Assembly: GCA_016618085.1 (NCBI GenBank)
Contig: JABLTG010000032.1
Location: forward strand, 62,001-126,000
Source: Neovahlkampfia damariscottae
Lineage: Eukaryota
Direction of reading: 5' to 3'
DNA: 64,000 bases
Numbering within the stretch: the first letter of the stretch is position 1; every line of letters starts with the position of its first letter. Position numbers and translations under genes: made by a program. The notes beneath the pieces were generated by a model. That model ran no database searches and was not told the origin of the DNA. It saw only the letters and a list, made by a program, of their open reading frames with translations. This document shows, one piece after another, positions 1 to 12,624 of this stretch.

Positions 1-64
1 AACTAAAGATTTATTTTAATATTACGAAGAAAAATGGTTCTCATTTTGATTGTGTCATAATTAT

Positions 65-1477
65 TCAAAGTATTGATATTGAAGCAGATTTTCTGTTGGA
101 TTCTTTTTTTAAAGTTTCTTCATATTCTTTATCCATTTTTTCAATATCCAAGTCAATCAACACTTTACCATACATATCCATTGGAGTTCCATTGTCATTC
201 ATTTTACTGAATTTTTCTTTGAAATCAGAAATTTTAACATCATCAGAAAATCGTGAACAAGTTTCTAAAACACTTTTTCGTAAACCAGCAGCTCTTGATT
301 TGACAATCATTTTTCCGAATCCTTCACCTTTTCCCCATCCTCCAACATTTCCTAAAGTTACTTCTTGATAAAGTGTTTTGTTTTCGTCCAATTTTTGAAA
401 TTTCCTCAGAGTGAAATCAAACATATGCATTGCTTTTACCATTTTCTTTTTGTTGGTTCCTTTTTGAGAAAGTTCCATCTCTTCAAAAGTTCCAAATTTT
501 GAGAAGTCATCAATATAAGGTTTAAAAATGCAATACAAAGTTTTTGTTTCAGGTTCATAATGTGCAGCAAAAGCTTGAGGAAGTACTCTCATATTAAAAG
601 GAAATCCAAAAATAGCCTCCAAACAGGAAATCATATTCGTTCTTTTACATTTTTCCATTTGATTGTCCATTCCTTTTTTTTTAAAATAATCTTCCAGTTG
701 TTCAGTCGTCATATGTCCTAAACATTTCATTCCTGCTGCATTAGGATCGGACATGATGGATTCATCACACATGAAAGCTAAAATAGCTTTATGAAAAGGA
801 ACAGGTAAAGTAGATTCATATTTTGATGAATTTGTGGTATAATTTATATCTGGTAAGTAATTAGCACTGGAGAAATAAGCATTGACCCATTGATTCTTGT
901 TGGAAGATAATAAATCCCATGTGAACGAATCATCGCATAATAATTTAGCAAATTCAATATCATTATCCGTAACAACACCAGTTGTAAAGCTTGAGTCTTT
1001 ATAATCAAATTTTTTTGTGACGTATGGTGAAACAACTGTCGAATCATTTCTATAGTTTTTAATTGCTGTATCACATAATTTTGTTCTAACAAATCTATGA
1101 AAAGAATCTTGACGTAATTCTTCATAAACTGAATAAAATATTTCAGAAAAAAGTTCTTCTGGTGATGTTTCCAAAACCCATTTTTCAGTTTCTTTTTCTT
1201 GTTGTTTAAAATTTTCCAACACATAACTCTTTGTTGTATCTGACACATTTACTTCTTTTGGTGAATTATGGACCACATAATTATCTATAATTTCTTTCAC
1301 TTTTTTAATTTTTTCTGAATCTTTTTCTACTTCTTTTAGTTTTTGAAGTGCAAATAAAAAATTCAACGGGTCAGTATTTTGTTCAGTTTCCAGAAACTTT
1401 TGAAAAGCCTCTCCAACTTTCTTGTTTGTAAAAACAGCCGTGAAGTGAATTATTATTTTAGTTTTGTCAAACGTCAT
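65..1477 (-). CDS. RGS domain protein with C-terminal START/helix-grip-like domain
   Basis: N-terminal RGS pattern (FQKFLETEQNTDPLNF...EVNVS...LRQDSFHRFVRT). The C-terminus (FPFNMR...FQKLDENKTLYQEVTLGNVGGW) resembles START-like folds. Intronless ORF. Confidence 0.75.
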   Translation of the reverse strand: MTFDKTKIIIHFTAVFTNKKVGEAFQKFLETEQNTDPLNFLFALQKLKEVEKDSEKIKKVKEIIDNYVVHNSPKEVNVSDTTKSYVLENFKQQEKETEKWVLETSPEELFSEIFYSVYEELRQDSFHRFVRTKLCDTAIKNYRNDSTVVSPYVTKKFDYKDSSFTTGVVTDNDIEFAKLLCDDSFTWDLLSSNKNQWVNAYFSSANYLPDINYTTNSSKYESTLPVPFHKAILAFMCDESIMSDPNAAGMKCLGHMTTEQLEDYFKKKGMDNQMEKCKRTNMISCLEAIFGFPFNMRVLPQAFAAHYEPETKTLYCIFKPYIDDFSKFGTFEEMELSQKGTNKKKMVKAMHMFDFTLRKFQKLDENKTLYQEVTLGNVGGWGKGEGFGKMIVKSRAAGLRKSVLETCSRFSDDVKISDFKEKFSKMNDNGTPMDMYGKVLIDLDIEKMDKEYEETLKKESNRKSASISIL

Positions 1478-1561
1478 AATGAAGTGTCAAATTTGATAAT
1501 GATTGGTCCGGAAATAACAGTTTAGCTAAATAGGAAATTTTATGAGTGTTGTTTGAAATTT

Positions 1562-2947
1562 TTATTTCCACGAAGTTTTCAATGAATTTTGATATTCTTT
1601 ATCCATTTTTTCTATTTCTAAATCCAGCAACAATTTTCCGTACATGTCTGTTGGTTTGAAATTCTTATCAACAACGTTGAATTTTTCTTCAAAATCTGAA
1701 ATTTTAACATCATCAGAAAATCTTCCACAGCATTTTAATACACTTTTTCTGAGTCCCATAGCTCTTTCTTTGATCAACATTTTGCCAATTTTCTCACTGC
1801 TTACCCAACCACCCAATTGGGTGATCGTAATCTCTTGATAGATTGTTTTATGATCATCCAGATACTGAAATTTACGTACTGTAAAATCAAACATGTTCAT
1901 TGCTTTTACATTTTTTCTTTTGTTTTTACCCTTTTGCATTAAACTCATTTTTTCAAATTCACAAAATTTTGAAAAATCATCCAAATGAGGTTTAAATACA
2001 CCATAAAGACATTTCGTTTCTGGTTCATAATGTAATGATATTGCTTGTGTTATCAATCTCATATTGAATGGGAAACCAAAGACAGCTTCACAAGATGTTC
2101 TCAAAATAGACCTTTTGCATTTCTCCATTTGATGCTCTAAATTATTCTTTTTGAAATGATCAATCAAATCTTCAGTTTTAATATATTCCAAACAATTAAT
2201 CCAAGCGGCGTTTGGATCCGATAATATTGATTCATCACAAAGAAAAGTCAAAAGAGCTTTTTGAAATGAAATCGGCAATGTGCATTCATATTTGGAAGCT
2301 ATGGTTTTAATTGATAAATCAGGCAAGTAATTCAAGTCTGAATAATAAGCATTGACTAAATATTTTTGAGTTCCTGGAACGATCTCCCATGTGAAAGAAT
2401 CATCCGAAAGTAATTTTCCGAATTCAAAATCAGTATCTGTCACAATTCCGGTGGTAAAATCATCATCTTTATAATCGAATTGTTTAGTTATATATGGTGA
2501 AACAACAGTTGGATCATTTCTAAAGCTCCTAATTGCTTCATCACAAAGTTTAGTTCTTACAAATCGATGAAAAGAGTCTTGACGCAACTCTTCATAAACT
2601 GAATAATAAATCTTGAAAAATAAATCTTCAGCAGTGATATCTAATATCCATTTTTCATCATTTTGTTTTTGTTTTGTATAATTTGAAACTACAAATTCCT
2701 TTGTTGTCACAGAAATATTTACTTCATTTTTTGAGTCACTGAGGACGTACTGTTCAACTATTTTTTTCATTTTTTTTATTTTTTCAGTGTCTTTATCAAG
2801 TTCCTTCAGTTGTTGAACTTCCAGCAAAAAATGAAGAATTTCTTTGTTTTTTTCGATCTCTAAGAATTTTTCAAATGCTTCACCCACTTTTTTGTTGGTA
2901 AAAACTGAAGAAAAATGGATGGTGAACTTTTTTTTGTCGAAACTCAT
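1562..2947 (-). CDS. RGS + START-like protein, tandem paralog of 65..1477
   Basis: Colinear similarity along its length, e.g. identical YSVYEELRQDSFHRFVRTKLCD. Confidence 0.75.
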   Translation of the reverse strand: MSFDKKKFTIHFSSVFTNKKVGEAFEKFLEIEKNKEILHFLLEVQQLKELDKDTEKIKKMKKIVEQYVLSDSKNEVNISVTTKEFVVSNYTKQKQNDEKWILDITAEDLFFKIYYSVYEELRQDSFHRFVRTKLCDEAIRSFRNDPTVVSPYITKQFDYKDDDFTTGIVTDTDFEFGKLLSDDSFTWEIVPGTQKYLVNAYYSDLNYLPDLSIKTIASKYECTLPISFQKALLTFLCDESILSDPNAAWINCLEYIKTEDLIDHFKKNNLEHQMEKCKRSILRTSCEAVFGFPFNMRLITQAISLHYEPETKCLYGVFKPHLDDFSKFCEFEKMSLMQKGKNKRKNVKAMNMFDFTVRKFQYLDDHKTIYQEITITQLGGWVSSEKIGKMLIKERAMGLRKSVLKCCGRFSDDVKISDFEEKFNVVDKNFKPTDMYGKLLLDLEIEKMDKEYQNSLKTSWK

Positions 2948-3250
2948 TGTGTGAGAAAAGTTCTTTGTTTTTGATTGGATGAAAGATCTAATTTACTCCC
3001 AAATAAGAAGTGGGTAAATAACTTTTTTTCAAGAATTTTTTCAATTTTGCACAAGTAGAAATATATTAATTGGAAAAACAAAAATATCTTTCAATTTTAA
3101 AACAGGTTTGATACAATTTCAACTTTGAGGAACTTCCTTTACTTTATAAATACTGAATACTTTCAATTGAAACTGTTCAGCTGAATTAGGTGTGGTTCAT
3201 CTGTTTCGATTTGACAGGAGAATTGTTCATTGGTCAGTTAGAAGTTGTTT

Positions 3251-5081
3251 ATGAAGCACTGTCTGACCATCATTTTTGCAGTCCTGAGCCTATGGTTCAT
3301 GACTACCAAAACACAGTCCGTTGGATGTTTAATTTGGCAGAATTCATATATTCACATTGAAAAAGAAAACAAAGTAGTTCACATTTCTGTTAAAACAAAA
3401 CAAAAAAATGGATGGATCGGAATAGGAGCTTTAAAAACAAAAAATGATTTTTCAAAAGGTTCCTTTATTTTGGCAGCTTATTTACCAAACAATTTTTTGC
3501 CGTTGAAAAATCACACAATTGTTTCTAGAGAAACAAAAAAAATTTGGAACCAAAAATTTGAAGATATTTGGTTCAATCAAGTTGATGGAATAATGTCTTT
3601 CAGTTTTAAAATTAATAACACAGATTTAGCTGGAAAAAATCACTTTTTTTTAGCTTCTTATGGTCACCAGTTCCAAAACAATAGTTTATTACCAAAACAT
3701 GATAGAGTCAGTGAATATATGTTTTATGATGTTAATTCAACTCAAACATTACCAGAATGTAACATGGAAATGAATCTTCCAGGCAGGTTTACAGCTCGTC
3801 ATTGGTCAATTTTTTATTTGACTTCATTAGCAACAGTTTTTGTTATTATATTATTAGTCATTTTTAGAAATGATCAACCTTTAAAGAGTAGATTCATAGG
3901 ACCTATCGTTTTATTGATTTCAATTTATTTTAACATGTTTGGTGAATATCTTCTGGATGTGATGAATTTTGAACAAACAACGAAACTATATTGCGAAATA
4001 ACCATAATTTTATCATATTTAACAACTGAAGTTGGGTAAGTTAAATTTCAAAATTGATTTTTTCAGGTTAACCATTCCAATGATCATGTTGCTTCGGTAT
4101 TTGGTTTTGTTGAAAATCCATAACAACAAAAGGAAATTTATTGTCAAAATAAACAATAAATCTAATGAAACTAGAGAAAGATTTGAAACCAAATTCTCAA
4201 TGATTTTGAAATTTCTTTCACTTCAGTACTGTTATGTCATTTTTCCAGTTATTTGGGGATTTTTCTTTTTTATTTTGATGATTGTGATTTATGCAATCAA
4301 TGATTTTAAATGTTCGAGTGTCACTGCGGTATCTATTCGATATGGTCATTTTGGTTGTTTAGTGATTGTTGTTGTGTTGACTGGTTGTGCTATTGTTATT
4401 GATCTTATATCAAACATAAGAAATATATTGAAATATAGATGGAAGAAATATTTGTTACTTGATGATCCATTTCATTATCGTTTAGACATGATTTGGTTTG
4501 TATTTGTTGTTCCTTTGGTTCCAATTTGGGCTTTGGCACCAATCCCGTATTTATTCAAAGGAATAGTGGTGGATTTTATTCTATTGTTTACAATGTGTGG
4601 TTGTGGATTACAGGCGTTGGTGATTACAATTTTTAAAAAACTTTTTGCTCAATCTAAAAAATTCACTTCAAAAAATACATTTTTGACAATGGAGACTGTT
4701 TTGAAGAATGACAATTTATTGAAAATGTTCATCAATTTTTGTGAATTAGAATGGTCTTCAGAGAATATTTATTTCAAATTAGATGCGTTGGAATACAAAA
4801 GAACAAAAACCATTTCAGAAAGGAAAATACTGACTGAAACAATGAAAGAACGATATTTACTGTTCAGTGCATCAATTTTGGAATTGAATGTCAGAGAACA
4901 TTTTATCCATGAAGTGGTAAAGAAAATCAATTCCGAATTGTACTATGATCATCTCTTTGATGATTTAGAAATTTCAATTGATACAAATTTACTTGACACT
5001 TTGCAGAGGTTTAAATTCTCAAAACATTATGATGCTTATCTTTTGGATTTGAAGACAAAAGAACAAAGTTTGGGTTTGTAG
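3251..5081 (+). CDS. Signal peptide + DOMON-like domain + multi-TM (7TM-like) + C-terminal RGS domain
   Basis: Two ORFs joined in frame by intron 4036-4066 (gtaag...ttcag). GWIGIG is DOMON-like; multiple hydrophobic segments; RGS motif FCELEWSSENIYF...ELNV...LLDTLQRF. Confidence 0.75.
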
Positions 5082-5101
5082 TTGTACATAAAATAAAAAA
5101 T

Positions 5102-6376
5102 TTATTTCTTCACAAATGATGGAAGATTGACCTTCCCAAGAATGAAACGTGATTTTTTTTGTGTGACAATCCAATAGTTAAATTTATTTCCAATATAATT
5201 TTGAATACCTTTGTTGGAATAACATTTTGGTGGAAATGAAGTTTCACCAGGAACAAATGAAAAAAATTCAATTGATTCACTTGATTTAGTTTGACCAATA
5301 GATGATGCTTCCGAAAAAGATCCCATTAATCGATAATATCCTGATGTTAGAATAGCATTGGAAACAAAAGGTATTTCAATATTTCCCATAGGCAATCCAT
5401 TGCATGATTCTGTAAAACAGACCAAATCATTATTAGCATCATATATTGCAAATTGAGCTAAGAAAAAAATAAAATCAAAAAAATTACAAATATTACCAAA
5501 TCCTGGACAACTGCGAATGTGAGCACCAAATTTGATTGCCTCACAAACCTCAGATACAAAAATCATTGATCCCAATAGAAATCCTTTCCCATGAGTTGAT
5601 TCACCTTCAAATGTTTGATAATAACCAAATCTTTTGAAATTTCCATCTACTTCTTTTAATTTTTCATCAATTTTATCAATATTTGAATTTCCCTTTACTG
5701 GACTCATTTTTTCTGCATGTAGATTGATCAATTTTTTCCATTCCAATAATGTTTCAATATCATTTTCTAAATTAACTTTGTTCAAAAGTTCATCAAAATT
5801 TTCAAATTCATGAGTCAATTTCTCACCTTCTTGTATCAGACCACTCTTTTCTTTGATGTGTTTTTCAGTCAATTCTTCAATTTCTTCTTTCAATTTGGAT
5901 AATTTTATTTGATAAATCTTTTCATTTGTTTGAATTTCTTCTTTCTTTTTTTTGATTTTCAATTTCATTGTTGAGTAAATTTGTTCTGATGAAAAGTTTT
6001 GAATTTCTTTTTTGAATAATTTTACAGCATCCTCTTTTGAAATACATTCATGTGTTTTATGATCAAAAAGCACACATAATGAACAAATTTGCAAGTTATC
6101 GTCTATACAATAGAATTCGCAGTCTTTATGATGTATTTCGCAAGTCTTGGGTATTTTTTGTGATTTTTCTTGTTTTTTATGACTTCTCATCTTTTTAGCT
6201 TTATGTACAATCAAAAAACATTCGTCACAATAATAAACTTTACAATTTTCGCAAAGACAAGTTTTTGGAACTTCTTCGCAATGTTCTGTTTGATTTTAGA
6301 TTTCTTTTTATTTACCACATGCGTCTTCTTGAGTTTCATTGCTGATAGGAACGACCAACTCAGCTACTTTTGACAT
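5102..6376 (-). CDS. Double B-box zinc finger + coiled-coil protein (TRIM-like, no RING)
   Basis: Spliced start MSKVAELVVPISNETQEDAC|EHCEEVPKTCLCENCKVYYCDECFLIVH, then CEIHHKDCEFYCIDDNLQICSLCVLFDHKTH and a coiled coil. Introns near 6285-6315 and at 5458-5487. Confidence 0.75.
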
Positions 6377-6482
6377 CACCTGAAAAACGACTTCGCCAAA
6401 TAATTTGATTGGATAAAAAAATCTACCAATAGCAGCAAAATGAAGGATTCTCACATTTCCGAATGAATTATAACTAAATCAT

Positions 6483-8022
6483 TTATTTCAACCAAATTGG
6501 TAATTCAATTTCTTTTTCTTTGTCTAAAGTAGTTAAATCAAAGAGTGGAGAAATTTCACAAATTCCACCTTGTTCATTTTTTATTTTGAATCCTAAACTT
6601 TTCAAAAGTTGAATATTCGTAAAATATAAATCTTGACAACACGTTTCTGGAGAATCTTTTGGTGAACCAGATGAATTTTTTAAAGGAGAAAATTCATAAT
6701 TACGATCAACTAATAAAAAGGAAGGTGATTTTGAATACTTGCAAATGTCAAAATTGAACAATTCAAGTTTATAACCATTTTCTTTTTCTGGATGAACATA
6801 ATCTCCATTTTCATTAATATGACCAATTTTCTTTTTGGCAATATGGTATTCTGGTTGTTTTTTAGTGTAAGTTGCGCATTCGCTTAAAAATTCAAGCGAA
6901 AACATGAAAATTACGATATTAGCGTGATTAAAGAGTAAATCATTGTTTTGGTTCACTTTTTTAGCCATTTCTTCAGATATTTCACTGTACTCAACTACTG
7001 AAAGATTTGAATTCTTGAATGCATAAACTCCAACTTTTTCATCCCATGATCTTTTTGGAATGACTTTAGTTGAAAAATCAGATTTGTTTTTGATGCAATT
7101 TCCAATGAAAATTGGATCTAAAATCTTGATTAAAACATTATCTACGCAATATATTTGAATAAATTCAATTGAATTATCTTTCATGTGTTTTAAGACACCT
7201 TCATCTTCTAGAGCACTATACATTCCACCATTACCATTTGGTGCAAATGAAACCTAAAAATTATGTTAGTTATAAGCCATTATTACATGTGATTTTGATT
7301 CTAAAAGAATTTTTCCATTAACATCTAAGCATGGTAATTTTCCTTGTTGGAAGATGATAATTTGATCCTTTGGTATTCCAAAGAAATTCTCCTTTTCAAA
7401 ATATTGTTTTGTTTCTTCATAAGTAAAGAATGATGTCATTACATACCTTTGAAAAAATGTCAGTTTTTGAGTTTTTTCACCAAAATAATTTCTTTGTTGT
7501 TAATTTTTGGAATTTTTGAAATCTTTCGGCTTGGATTTTGAATAATGTTGAGTGTGAAGGTAAACCAATGTCATACATTCCTTTTGGTAAAGATGAACCT
7601 AATCTTGTTCCTAAAAATGATTTAGAAGTCTAAATTTGAAAAAAAACCTTGTCCACCAGCAACTAACAATAAACTTTGAAGTTTTAGATTTTTTTATTTT
7701 ATTACCCAACTTTTCCTGCTAATATTGCCTCTAAACCAATTTTTTCTATTTCTGAATGTTCTTCTTGTGTAAAGTTGAGAACATTTGCCACATTTTTATC
7801 ATTCAAAGGTTCAATTTGGAATTTTTGATTCTTATTTGAATTTAAAGTTTCCAGTGAAGTGTCAAAATAATTCTTTAACTCTTTTAAATCAACATTTTCC
7901 AAATCTGAAATTAAGTGTTTTTTTTCTTCTTCCTTCAATTCAGACCAAAATTGGAAAACTTGATGTTGGTCATTCTCTTTAAATTCTTTTTCTAATCGAA
8001 TTTTTTTTTCTTCTACTGTCAT
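6483..8022 (-). CDS. UAP1: UDP-N-acetylglucosamine pyrophosphorylase
   Basis: Spliced [44 protein letters not shown] motifs. Several short introns, including a 26-nt mini-exon. Confidence 0.9.
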
Positions 8023-8093
8023 CCTTATTTGAAAAAAGTTTGTGGAGTATTGTGGGAATTTGATTGGTAGTTCATCCGGTTTTTGGAAGCGGA

Positions 8094-9226
8094 ATGGTGA
8101 CTCACATTGTGAAATTCGATAAACAAACAAAACATTTTGATACAACGTTTCCAATTTTCCTTCAAGAAAAAGGAATACCAGAGGAATTGTATCAAGAAAC
8201 ACTGGAGTTTTTTTCAAAAAAAACCTATCAAGATTTGGTTATTACCAGTCAAGAAGCCAGAAAATTCATAATTTTGGGATTGTTAACAGGTTTTTTATTC
8301 GTCATTGGAATCTTATTTTCCTTCATATTCGTCGTCCTTTTGATGATTTTACCACAATTTGCTACTGCACGTTTGATTAAATTTTTATTCACTTTTTTGA
8401 AGTATCCATTAGTGTGATTATAGCAAATTTATTTATTTTTGGTATTGTTTTGCTTTTGGGTTTCTATGCATACCAAAGTTTATCTCAATTATTTAAAATA
8501 AAGAATGAAAAATACAAACAACTTCAAGGTGAATGTTATGAAGACAGTGTATCAAAATATAAAAACTATGATGTTCAGATATTTTTCAAGATGAATTTTT
8601 CAAATTTTCCATTAGAACCCACTTTAGAGATAATATCTTTTGACACAGACACATCAACAATAATCTTCAAAAATTCGTATGATGGTTATTCACAAGTATT
8701 TGACTCAACTTTTCCGTATCATTTGGAAAATAATGGTATTAATCAAGAAGATTATGATGATATTCTTACGATCTTGAAAAGTCAGTATCCAGCTCTTTTG
8801 AAGAGAAATTGGATTGTTTATTCTGCATTGGGTATTGCAACTGGTACTTTCACAAGTGCACTGTTATTAATGGGAATATTAGCACTGGATATGTTCATGA
8901 ATCGAAGTTTTTCTTCAAGTAATTTTCCTCTATTCTAACTGATAGTTTATATTGGAATTGGTCTCACAGCATTATGGACTTTACTTGTAATCTTGATGAT
9001 GATTGGCATGGCATTTTTTTCCATCAAAATGAAAAATATAAGAAAAAGAGATTACAAAAGACTGACAAATGTGATAACTTCAAAAAGTGATCAATTATTT
9101 GAACATTTGAATATCAAGATGGAATTGACAAATGAAAAACCTGTGGATTCCATTTTTGCTTATATACCGAATCCCTGTTTAAAATTTACCACCAGAATTG
9201 TTCATCGAAAACAAATTGTTGAATAA
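8094..9226 (+). CDS. Membrane protein with two tandem ERF4/golgin-A7-like repeats, each with a TM hairpin
   Basis: Internal duplication FDTTFPIFLQEKGIPEELY vs FDSTFPYHLENNGINQEDY. Introns about 8371-8402 and 8919-8945 join three ORFs. Confidence 0.5.
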
Positions 9227-9248
9227 AGGTTTTGACCAATCATTTATT

Positions 9249-10075
9249 TCATAATTTTGAACGTTTATTTAATTTACAATAATTCATAAATTCTAATACT
9301 TCTTTTGAATACTCCTCTTTATGTAACCTAAAATGTTGAACATGTTTTGATTTTTCCCATTTCTTTTTCCAAACTACAACCCTTTTTTCTTCTTGTGATA
9401 TCCATTCTTCAATAACTTCAGGACGTGTCAAAGGGTCATCAGAACTATATAAATATAATTGTGGATAATTTGTTTTTGGATCTTGTAATCTTTTGTAGAA
9501 ATTTTTATCTAATTCTTCAACATTCAGAAACAAGAAATCTAATACACAAAGAAAAGCACATGCCATATTATTAAAAATACAACTGTTGGAAGTTTGAGTT
9601 ACAGAGATGTATGCATTGTCCAAAGTGATGTGTCCAGGTGAGGAATCAAAAATTGACCCAAGCACTAATTCTGAAAATTCCTTTATAAAGTCATATTAAA
9701 ATTGATTGTTACCTTTGTCATATTGTCGACAATATAACTATATGTCAATGTGTTTCCTGAGAAAGCATGAAAAAAAACTTTTCTGTTTTTGAATTTCACA
9801 TTCTCATCCAAGAATTTTAACAACTCCTTGGCAAGACCTTCATTCCAAGAAGGAACAGCACTTTTTCAAAATTTAAAAAAATAAAATTACTGATAAGAGT
9901 CTGGTGGTGTGAAATAGCAACAATCAATTGAATTTTCTTTGTAGAAATCAGCATAAACCTTCAAATGTTTTTTCAAGCTGGAAATCCATCCTATCATAAC
10001 AACAAAAGGTAAATTTGAATTTTTTTCGTCTATTTCCGTGTAAAATTTTGTTGAACTTGTTGAGAATAGACTCAT
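9249..10075 (-). CDS. DUF829/TMEM53-family alpha/beta hydrolase-fold protein
   Basis: IGW..KHLKVY, FHAFSGN, IFDSSPG, PQLYLYSSDD and SKHVQH motifs; spliced. Confidence 0.8.
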
Positions 10076-10224
10076 GAGTGGGATCTTCACCAATAATGAC
10101 TTCGGAAAAATAAAAAAAAAATCTCCTATTCTCCTCTTTTATCTTTTTGAATATTTTGGTTTACCGTGAATTATCATATTCAGTTTTAACAAAACAACTT
10201 TGTTCAAACAAACTTTTCAGAACT

Positions 10225-10236
10225 GATTGGCCAATG
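10225..10236. promoter_or_regulatory. Palindromic double CCAAT box overlapping the start codon (example of a window-wide motif)
   Basis: gATTGGCCAATg between divergent genes; the ATG at 10234 is part of the motif. Confidence 0.55.
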
Positions 10237-10975
10237 AACAAATTGTCTTTAACGTTGGTTGTTTTATTGATAACTTCCATTCAAGTTATTTCTTCAAAAG
10301 TCTTTGTTTTAAATCATCAAAACTTCGAAAATGAAGTGTCAAATATACAAAAAACATGGTTGATTAACTTGTAATTCAAAAAAAAAAATTGAAAAATGAA
10401 GTTACTCACCTTCCTGTGGATATTGCAAAAGTTTTGAACCTGTTTTAGACAGATTATCAAATATCATCAAAGAGAAAATCAACGTTGCTAAAATTGATTG
10501 CACGGAAAAAAAAAACGAAAATGTTTGTCAAGGATTCAAAGTTGAAGAGTATCCAACCATAAAATTGTAAGATTTTTTTTTTTGATTCAAATTTCAAGTG
10601 TTCTCAATGGAAGAGTGTATGATTATAAAAAAAAAAGAAACGAGTACGATATTAAAGAGTTTATGGAAAGAGGTTTCTCATCTGAATCATCTATAGCTCT
10701 TCCAGGTCATGAAACGACATTGTAAGTATTCTAAATGTTTATTTTTCTTGTAGTGAAAAATTTAGAAACTTAGGTTTTCATTATTTTAAATTAATTCGTG
10801 TTGAATTTTGGGTTCGATTTTTTTTTACTTTTAATTTGAAAAGATTATTTATTATCAAAAGACACATTTAATATACTGGAGTATTGGAGGTGGTTCATTA
10901 ATGGGTGTTGTTATTGGAAGTTACATTGCCATGAAAATTTACAACAAGGTTGAAAAAAAAGAGAAATTAGAATAA
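10234..10975 (+). CDS. ER membrane thioredoxin/PDI-like (TMX-type) protein
   Basis: Signal peptide, spliced YSPSCGYCK active site, VAKIDC and YPTIK motifs, C-terminal TM, KKEKLE* (KxKxx ER retrieval). Mostly missed by the ORF track because of introns. Confidence 0.8.
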
Positions 10976-11116
10976 ATTGATTCAGAAGAAGATTCATTGA
11001 AATATTGAATCAATTATTTTCAAAATTTATCAATTTCTCCACTTCCGGAGAATTTCTTATTTTAGAAACTTCTGTTCTCTTTTTGTCCTATCAATTTCTT
11101 CAATCTCCGAAAATCG

Positions 11117-11863
11117 ATGCAAAAACCAATACACGTTCATATTTCTTTTGTAAGACATGGTGAAACAGAAAAGAACAAAAAAGGCCTACTTCAAGGACCA
11201 AAGGAAGAACTGAATGAAACAGGAATCACACAAGCAAAAAAGCTGTCGGAAAATTTTTCAAAGAATTTAACATACAATGTGAATTTGGTATTAACATCAA
11301 ATCATGCTCGAGCTGTCAGAACGGCAAAAGAAATCCAAGAAAAATTAATTGAAGTTCAGAAAGAACAAGTGCCATTCATCGAAACAGGACTTCTAGGAGA
11401 AAGAATCATCGGAATTTTAGAAGGTGAACCATTTGCAGATCCAATTTTAAGATTGAAAAAAAAAGGAATTGACTTCACTGATTTCAAATGTCCAGTAGCT
11501 CACTACAGTCTCAATGAAATTGCAAAGGAAGAAAAATCAATTGAAACTTCCGAAGAAATAGATCAAAGAGTTACAAATGCTCTTCAATTCATATTCAAAT
11601 CAATCCATGAAAAAATAGACGAAGCAAAAACAATTGATGTTTTCACCAATCCAAAAACTCCATTTCATGTCGTTGTTGTTTCTCATGGATGGATGTTACC
11701 TGGTTTATTTGGAGAATTAATAATGGGAAGTAGTCAATGGATGCCTGTAGAACTAGGAAATACATCGTTGACGACAATTGGAGTAAGATTCAAAAAAGAT
11801 GATCACTTTCATTTTTCAAATGCATTTATTGAAAAAATGAACGACATAACTCATTTACAATAA
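11117..11863 (+). CDS. Histidine phosphatase (phosphoglycerate mutase family)
   Basis: FVRHGET, LNETGITQA, RAVRTA, VVSHG, LGNTS motifs. Confidence 0.9.
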   Translation: MQKPIHVHISFVRHGETEKNKKGLLQGPKEELNETGITQAKKLSENFSKNLTYNVNLVLTSNHARAVRTAKEIQEKLIEVQKEQVPFIETGLLGERIIGILEGEPFADPILRLKKKGIDFTDFKCPVAHYSLNEIAKEEKSIETSEEIDQRVTNALQFIFKSIHEKIDEAKTIDVFTNPKTPFHVVVVSHGWMLPGLFGELIMGSSQWMPVELGNTSLTTIGVRFKKDDHFHFSNAFIEKMNDITHLQ

Positions 11864-11921
11864 TTTTAGAAAATAAATTTTCATAATTTTACAAAAAATT
11901 GAACTTGTTCCACCAATCAAA

Positions 11922-12539
11922 ATGGGAAAACAAGAATTTATTTGTGTTGAGTGTTTTAGTTGCAAAACTTTTCAAGTGATAATAGTTTCAAAAAAATCCA
12001 AGTTTCAATGTAAAATATGTAATGAAAAGCAATCTGTCAGGAAAATATACGCAATTTCAGACAAAGCAAAAGATATACGTGCAGTAGTTCAAAAGATGAA
12101 TGAAAACAGAGATGAAATTGAAGAAAGAGTAGAAGAAATTGTACAAGAGCAACCAAAACTAAAAAATATTCAGACCACTCAAACGTCTGGAAAATGGAAG
12201 GATTTTTTAGAGAAAGAGGACGAAGAAGATGAAGATGATCCACGATATACCACAATTGATCCTTCGACGATATCCGGAAAGAGAAAAAGAAAAACGGAAA
12301 AAGAAGATTTTCAATTAATTTTTGAATCTTCAAACAAAAAAAGGAAAGAAACTCAAAACGAAGGCTCAATGAAAGATTACTTACAAATAGAACCAAAAAT
12401 ACAAAAAAAAATACAAAGAGAACCAATTATTCAACAAACAAAAACAGTTCAAAAAAATCTAAAAATAAAAAACCAAGAAACAGCACAAAATTCAAAATGG
12501 GGTGATTATTTACCTGAAAGCAGCAGTGATGAAGAATAA
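11922..12539 (+). CDS. MRNIP: MRN-complex interacting protein-like
   Basis: CFSCKTFQV...KFQCKICNEKQS...AKDIRAVVQKMN and SKW repeats. Confidence 0.75.
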   Translation: MGKQEFICVECFSCKTFQVIIVSKKSKFQCKICNEKQSVRKIYAISDKAKDIRAVVQKMNENRDEIEERVEEIVQEQPKLKNIQTTQTSGKWKDFLEKEDEEDEDDPRYTTIDPSTISGKRKRKTEKEDFQLIFESSNKKRKETQNEGSMKDYLQIEPKIQKKIQREPIIQQTKTVQKNLKIKNQETAQNSKWGDYLPESSSDEE

Positions 12540-12624
12540 ATTATTCAATATTTTTCGAGTTTTTTATTGGAAAATGAAGGAAAGCACAATACAAGTATTA
12601 ATAAAGAAAATATTTTGAAATATT

